DNA from: Candidatus Rifleibacteriota bacterium
Lineage (GTDB): Bacteria; Muiribacteriota; Ozemobacteria; Ozemobacterales; Ozemobacteraceae
Direction: 5' to 3'
NCBI GenBank assembly: GCA_051747585.1
Contig: JBNJGH010000002.1
Location: forward strand, 13,291-77,290
Length of the DNA: 64,000 nt
The notes under the pieces were generated by a model. That model was given only the letters and a program-made list of their open reading frames with translations. It searched no databases and was not told where the DNA came from. Positions within the stretch are counted from its first letter, which is position 1. Every line of letters begins with the position of its first letter. A program made the position numbers and the translations under genes. Shown piece after piece: positions 58,672 through 64,000 of the stretch.

Positions 58672-59307
58672 CTATTTTTCTTCTTTTTCAGAACCAGTTT
58701 TCATATCTCCTGCAGGCACAGCTTTTTCTACCACAAAATATTTTAAAACCTGATTCATCGCAGACTCTACATAGTAACCGGTCAACATAACCAAACCATC
58801 GAGTAATTTTTCTTTTCTTACAATTTGAAGCAATGTCAAATTAGATTTTAAAGGAATTCTTTTTTTATCTTCGGTTTTAAGTACCCAGCGAAAAAGATAT
58901 CTGCGCCTTTTAACCGGATGTTTTTCTGGAACAATCATACCCTTAATTTTTTCAATCTTTACTTCTTCTTCTCGATTGGCCAGAGATTCGTCGCTCTTCA
59001 TCAATGCCGGTTGCAAAGCAGGAACCTTTTCAAAGGTTACGGGTTTAACAAGGCTCATACTCGCAACTTCTTCCAGATATTGACTACCGGAAGATATCAT
59101 ATCGATATCTTCGGAATCATTTTCAAACTTGATTTCTTCAGGTATTACCACACTGGTAGCAATTGTTTCTTCGGGTCTTATAAGCTCAATTGAAGCTGAT
59201 GCAAATTGCGCTTTACGAATATCTGTTTCTGCATCGAGAGGATAAATTGAAAAAACAAAAACCCAAAGCAAAACAAATAAAAGCCAGTTGCCCGACAAAT
59301 TTTTCAT
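58672..59307 (-). CDS. Exported hypothetical protein
   Basis: N-terminal signal/TM; GGGAG RBS; long ORF heading the uvrC operon. Confidence 0.65.
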   Translation of the reverse strand: MKNLSGNWLLFVLLWVFVFSIYPLDAETDIRKAQFASASIELIRPEETIATSVVIPEEIKFENDSEDIDMISSGSQYLEEVASMSLVKPVTFEKVPALQPALMKSDESLANREEEVKIEKIKGMIVPEKHPVKRRRYLFRWVLKTEDKKRIPLKSNLTLLQIVRKEKLLDGLVMLTGYYVESAMNQVLKYFVVEKAVPAGDMKTGSEKEEK

Positions 59308-59382
59308 AAAAAACTCCCGTAATTAATCAGAAGCTTATAATATCATCTTTAAGACTATCTTCCAATAATAACTGTATATAGG

Positions 59383-59753
59383 TAGCAATTCTCGGTAAGC
59401 GACTATCAGCTTTTTTGAAACAGATTAAGCCTCACGTCAAGCCTCAAAGCCCCCCAAAGAAAATAACCACAGAGCTCTCAGAGAATCACGGAGAATCTTT
59501 TTCAGCCATGGATTGTCCGGATGGACAATCAGCCGGTGGTTTCACCGCCCGGCTTTCTCAGCCACAGCAAAGTCTCAGAAAAACACCTGTGCTTTTCTGA
59601 GACCTTGCTGTGGCTGAGAACAAAGGCTGAAAAAGATTGGAAAATCAGCTCAGTGCACTCTGAGCCTCCGTGGTTAAAATTCTATATTTGACAGAAAAAA
59701 ATAATACCAGAACTTTTGGTAACCAGCTAATAATACTTGACCGAGAATAGCTG
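59383..59753. mobile_element. MITE-like structured element, family 2 copy 2, with a 9-bp target duplication
   Basis: TIRs TAGCAATTCTCGGT / ACCGAGAATAGCTG; flanks GTATATAGG (59374-59382) and GTATATAAG (59754-59762). Confidence 0.85.
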
Positions 59754-59920
59754 GTATATAAGCAGGGCAATCACTTTAGACACTCAAACCATCATTAATT
59801 CATATATTACAGTTTTTTTGACGAGATTTCGGTATCGCTATCGACATCGGAATCGAAACCAGAGACAGAGTGTGAGATGCTTTTTTTTAATTCAAGTCTT
59901 TAATTATGATGCTGAAATTG

Positions 59921-62596
59921 CTAATAGCTTGTTACCTCGACTGGCATATAAAGACGCATAATTCGACAAGAGGTGGTTGCCCATAAAAATTTCTGGTCGA
60001 ACATCATATAATGAACCCCTGGCCTGCTGAGCCTCTCCCATTTTTGTCCATCGAACAAACCAATCGATGAACCCTGAATAGAAGGATTCTTAACCACCAG
60101 CTTATATGGATTATCTTGAGCATGCTGTAGCATAGGCGGAACATCAGAAGAAGAAAAACCGCTACCGGCCTTTTCATCACAGGCCACGGCAATAAGCCAT
60201 GGATATTTGGCATCATCAGGAGCGGCAGCTATTGAAGTTATCCGATCTGAATCAAGAGTATTATCATGAGATACAGACGTCTCTATTCGCAAATCAGGGG
60301 TTATATACAACAAACCCTCGATAGCCCCCAGCCATAGACGCCCCGTTCTGTCAGATTCAATGCAGGTATAATTTCTTTTGGGAACAGGTAATTTTATAAT
60401 TTGATTACCTTGAATTATACTCAAGCCCTTTTTATGCATCAGGGCAACGACCTTACCTTCTTCTGTTTCCCAGAATTCTATTGCTTTTACATCAAAGTTT
60501 TCATTCAGTTGTTCTTCATTGTTTTCGATTCTGATATTCTGCCAATCCTGCCAGGTTATTTCTTCAGGATTTCTTGTATGGGCAAGAGGCAGAATAAAAA
60601 CACCTGAATTTTCGGTGCCAAAATAAATATCTGCCCCAACTCTTTTTACACATAAAATTTTCTCAAAATTTCCCCAGGGTAATTGATCTGTTTGAAAGTC
60701 ATACCATTCACCGGAAAAATCAGTTTCATAAACCAGACCACCAAGCCATTGACTACTGCTGTCAAGAATTCTTAACATGTTTCCCTCAAAAACTATCCAA
60801 CACCTGTCATTAAGATCGAGATCATAATCTGCTATTGCAGTTGAAGGAATATAATGCAAAGGGCACTGAAAGTTCTGTTCGGCCACAGTGTAAAGCCTTC
60901 TTTTTCTTTGATCGTAATAAATTTTTTCGCCCCTCCGACAAATGTAAAAAACCGGAACCGGTGGGTATTCAAGGGTTTCCGCTGCGCTTTCAATGCCTTC
61001 CTGAGCTAAATCAAGACTGATTTCTTCGCGAGTATTAATTCTTGTGGCTATCATATTTTCAGGGCCACAAATGGTTTTCATATCAAGGCTGGTATAAATT
61101 GAGGCCATTGGAGCATTTGAAATATCATTAGACTGTTCTTTACAATAGTGATGCCAGACTCTTTCACCTATAATTGCATTTGGTCTTTCGTTAACAATTG
61201 AGTTGTCTTCCATTAACAGATTTTTTGCCGGATGATTTACGGGGTTATCAAAATTACCCGAAAGGTAATATCTATTTGCCATAGCTCCCAGGAATGCTCC
61301 TGTCGGCATAACATATCTGGACAGTCCCATGTCATGACTTACCCAGAGATCTTTACCTCTGATTATTTTATGGTAAGCAATATGAGGATTAATTGGATAA
61401 CTGTTTTCCCAGGGATACCCGTAAACTCTGGGCCCCCACAGCTGCATAAAAGGCCAGTAAGTTTTTGCAAAATAAGGGGTGCTGCCACGAAATTCAAACT
61501 CATCATAAGCATAATCTTCTTCAGTGCTGAACATTACCAAACCCGAATCAGTGCATATTGCCATTTTTTTTGCGCCTGGAATATAATAAAGCTTATTAAT
61601 GCAATTTGAAGGAAGTGGGCAAACATTGGCGGTAAGATTTTCCCAGCGGCCTTCGTCAAATTTCCAGAGGCCCCGATCTTTTGTTCCAAGATAAAGAATA
61701 CGTTTTCCTAAAAATTGATTCAAAATACTATCTTCAGATCGTTCTATCTCATCAAAGGGGTTGGTCTCTTCATCTGGATGAGTAACAACAGAAGAAATCC
61801 ATGAGTCGCCTGTGGGCAAAATCATATCTGCAACATGTTCTCGATTTGTAATCAGAGTGAAATTTTTCTGACACAGGGCAATTAGATTACTGGAATTTCC
61901 ATCTTCAAAACTCCAGAAATCATTAACCCAATCCGAAGGCAATTCATTGTCATTCAAATAATCATCGCCACTATAACCTTCTAACAATCCCTTTCCTTTG
62001 GTAGAGTAGATGCCGCCCCCCGGAAAGTCCATTGCTATGCCTGTTATCCCGACCGAAACCAGGCGATGAGTATCATCCTGGGTTCCACCACGAACATTTA
62101 CCGGACGGAAAATCGGGCTTGCCCCCCTGCCGCCAATTTGAGCTTCAAAAATCCAGCCACCAAAACAACCCACATATATTTTGTCATTTATAATTTGAAT
62201 TATCTCTGTATCGATTGTAGAAAGCCCATGTTCTTTACCAAAAAAATCTACTAAAGGAGCTTCTTCGGGAAATTTTTCAAGATAAATTCGACCCAGACCT
62301 TTTGAAGTCGCTACCCATAAATTATGATTGTTATCGAACTCCAGCGACCGAGCTGCCAGGCCCTTTATTTCAGGACAATAATCTCCGAGTTTAAGCCATA
62401 TCGCTCTCGCTTCTAAAAAAAGTCCTATACCTTTATCGGTACCTACAGCCATTTTGCCTTTGGTTACAGCAAGACATAATACGTTATTACCAGGTAAGCC
62501 GGATCTTGTTGTCCATGTCAGCCAGGTTTGCCCGGCAAAAGCAGCTATTGGCAGCCAGACTAAAATTAATAACAAAAGTTTTCTTTTCAGCAGCAT
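59921..62596 (-). CDS. Secreted beta-propeller protein (two-component regulator propeller-type repeats)
   Basis: Signal peptide; SGLPGNNV, LWVATSKGL, LPSNCIN, LWLGAIEGL. Confidence 0.75.
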   Translation of the reverse strand: MLLKRKLLLLILVWLPIAAFAGQTWLTWTTRSGLPGNNVLCLAVTKGKMAVGTDKGIGLFLEARAIWLKLGDYCPEIKGLAARSLEFDNNHNLWVATSKGLGRIYLEKFPEEAPLVDFFGKEHGLSTIDTEIIQIINDKIYVGCFGGWIFEAQIGGRGASPIFRPVNVRGGTQDDTHRLVSVGITGIAMDFPGGGIYSTKGKGLLEGYSGDDYLNDNELPSDWVNDFWSFEDGNSSNLIALCQKNFTLITNREHVADMILPTGDSWISSVVTHPDEETNPFDEIERSEDSILNQFLGKRILYLGTKDRGLWKFDEGRWENLTANVCPLPSNCINKLYYIPGAKKMAICTDSGLVMFSTEEDYAYDEFEFRGSTPYFAKTYWPFMQLWGPRVYGYPWENSYPINPHIAYHKIIRGKDLWVSHDMGLSRYVMPTGAFLGAMANRYYLSGNFDNPVNHPAKNLLMEDNSIVNERPNAIIGERVWHHYCKEQSNDISNAPMASIYTSLDMKTICGPENMIATRINTREEISLDLAQEGIESAAETLEYPPVPVFYICRRGEKIYYDQRKRRLYTVAEQNFQCPLHYIPSTAIADYDLDLNDRCWIVFEGNMLRILDSSSQWLGGLVYETDFSGEWYDFQTDQLPWGNFEKILCVKRVGADIYFGTENSGVFILPLAHTRNPEEITWQDWQNIRIENNEEQLNENFDVKAIEFWETEEGKVVALMHKKGLSIIQGNQIIKLPVPKRNYTCIESDRTGRLWLGAIEGLLYITPDLRIETSVSHDNTLDSDRITSIAAAPDDAKYPWLIAVACDEKAGSGFSSSDVPPMLQHAQDNPYKLVVKNPSIQGSSIGLFDGQKWERLSRPGVHYMMFDQKFLWATTSCRIMRLYMPVEVTSY

Positions 62597-62694
62597 TAAT
62601 TTTCCTCGTCAATTATTTCACTAAAAAAATATAGCATATAAAATAACTTTTATTATTCTCAATAATGAGTAACTTTATATGAGGCTTAAAGATT

Positions 62695-62732
62695 TCTTAA
62701 AACAGTTTTTACAAACAGATGGGTAATAGCTG
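62695..62732. mobile_element. Eroded end of a family 1 MITE
   Basis: 30/38 ungapped identity (counted by hand) to 13502-13539, ending in CTG. Confidence 0.55.
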
Positions 62733-62845
62733 AATTGGATTCAATCCTTTTTAAATTATGCACATCTGGCATATAATAAAATAAAGAATAATTATTATTT
62801 GAGAGATGAGTCCTACACTGGTTTGCTTAAAAACGGAGAGAGGAT

Positions 62846-64000
62846 ATGAAAAACAGGAAACCTGGTTCTTATGTAAATAAAAATTTCGAAAAACAGTTTG
62901 AGAAAAACGAAAAGAATTGTTCAAATCTGAATTTTGACGATCCGATTTTGTTTCTCAAAGCTCTTACAGACATTGCTCCATTTATAGTTTACGTTTTTGA
63001 TTTAAAGAAAAACAGCAATATTTATGCAAATCAGGGAATAAAAAAAATTCTTGGCTTCTCAACTAACGAAATAAAGGCAATGGGAGACAAACTTTTTGAG
63101 AATCTGATTCATCCCGATGATTTGAATAAAGTAATCTGTTTTCAGGATAAAATTAAAAAAACTGAAAATAAAAATATTCTCAAAATAGAATATCGAGTAA
63201 AAGATAAGCAAAACAACTGGCATTACCTGCAAAGCTTTGAATGTAGTTTCAAAAGAAACGAAAAGGGAGAAGCAGAACAAAAAGTCGGGGTTGCAATAGA
63301 TATAACAGAGCAAAAAAACATTGAAATGCAGCTTCGTGAAAGCGAAAGCAGACTACGTTCATTGATTAACTCAACTCCCGACATAATATGTTTCAAAGAT
63401 GGTAAAGGCCGCTGGCTTGAAGCGAATGATGCAGATCTTGAGCTTTTTTCCCTCACCGACACAGCTTATCGTGGAAAAACAGATAAAGAACTCGCCGAAT
63501 TTGCAGACCCTGTTTATAAAGAAGCATTTTTAACCTGCGCCGTTACGGATGAAAAAGCATGGCAGCAAAAAGAAATAACAAGAGGCGAAGAAACTATAGT
63601 TAAACCTGACGGGACAAAAAAGATTTTTGATTGCATAAAGGTTCCGGTATTTGAAAAAGATGGCAAAAGAAAAGGCCTGGTAGTATTAGGAAGAGATATT
63701 ACCGAAATAAAGATGGCCGAAGAAAAAAGAAAAAAAGCAGAAGAAGAAATACACCGAATGCAAAAAATTGAAGAGCTCGGGACTGTAGCCGGTGGAATCG
63801 CACATGATTTTAATAATTTACTGGCAGCTATATTCGGCAATCTTGAGCTGGCAAAAATGAAATTATCGGCAGATACCCCTGCTTATCGTTATCTTATGAA
63901 TGCCCACCAGGCCATCCAAAATGCCAGAGAGTTAACAGGGCAGCTGCTTACTTTTGCCAAGGGAGGATCGCCGGTTTTTGGAATTGTTGAAACCGCGAAA
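62846..64000 (+). CDS. PAS-PAS sensor histidine kinase, 5' part; runs off the window edge
   Basis: Hand translation from ATG 62846: IHPDD (PAS_3), PDIICFKDGKGRWLEAN (PAS_4), H-box LGTVAGGIAHDFNNLL. Confidence 0.9.
   Translation, partial: MKNRKPGSYVNKNFEKQFEKNEKNCSNLNFDDPILFLKALTDIAPFIVYVFDLKKNSNIYANQGIKKILGFSTNEIKAMGDKLFENLIHPDDLNKVICFQDKIKKTENKNILKIEYRVKDKQNNWHYLQSFECSFKRNEKGEAEQKVGVAIDITEQKNIEMQLRESESRLRSLINSTPDIICFKDGKGRWLEANDADLELFSLTDTAYRGKTDKELAEFADPVYKEAFLTCAVTDEKAWQQKEITRGEETIVKPDGTKKIFDCIKVPVFEKDGKRKGLVVLGRDITEIKMAEEKRKKAEEEIHRMQKIEELGTVAGGIAHDFNNLLAAIFGNLELAKMKLSADTPAYRYLMNAHQAIQNARELTGQLLTFAKGGSPVFGIVETAK

Noticed and set aside
62800..62820. Fluoride riboswitch-like GATGAGTCCTAC
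   Set aside because: No matching 5' GGxGATG stem upstream.
1..64000. CRISPR array, tRNA/rRNA, prophage, transposase, alternative genetic code
   Set aside because: No regularly spaced repeats or RNA gene motifs were seen by eye, and ORFs read cleanly in the standard code. A tRNAscan or Infernal run would be needed to be sure.

Overview
AT-rich bacterial chromosomal segment from a diderm (TamB and an outer-membrane barrel are present). The content, with many HEAT, TPR and prepilin-like proteins, resembles Ca. Riflebacteria, but that is inference only. Most genes lie on the minus strand. Housekeeping genes: trmB, engB, lon, HU, lepB, trmH, uvrC. Other clusters: a type IV pilus/T2SS-like cluster (pilC-pilB-pilM-pilN-pilO plus two pseudopilins, no secretin); a second prepilin cluster interrupted by an ECF sigma/anti-sigma pair; and a TamB - NTT/HEAT transporter - cNMP/degenerate GGDEF - DUF2723 run. 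A LeuT-like transporter, an LTA-synthase-family protein, and partial HD-GYP and PAS histidine kinase genes at the edges are also present. No rRNA, tRNA, CRISPR array or transposase was seen. Best signals: (1) MITE-like elements with related CAG-type inverted ends and 9-bp target duplications that carry different structured cargos, one with 8 compensated base pairs between copies; (2) a signal peptidase I with Cys in place of the catalytic Ser; (3) a cNMP plus I-site-only GGDEF gene in frame behind a nucleotide-transporter/HEAT gene; (4) a sigma54 promoter driving an unannotated small-peptide/sRNA locus; (5) a motif-eroded GlyRS beta homologue.
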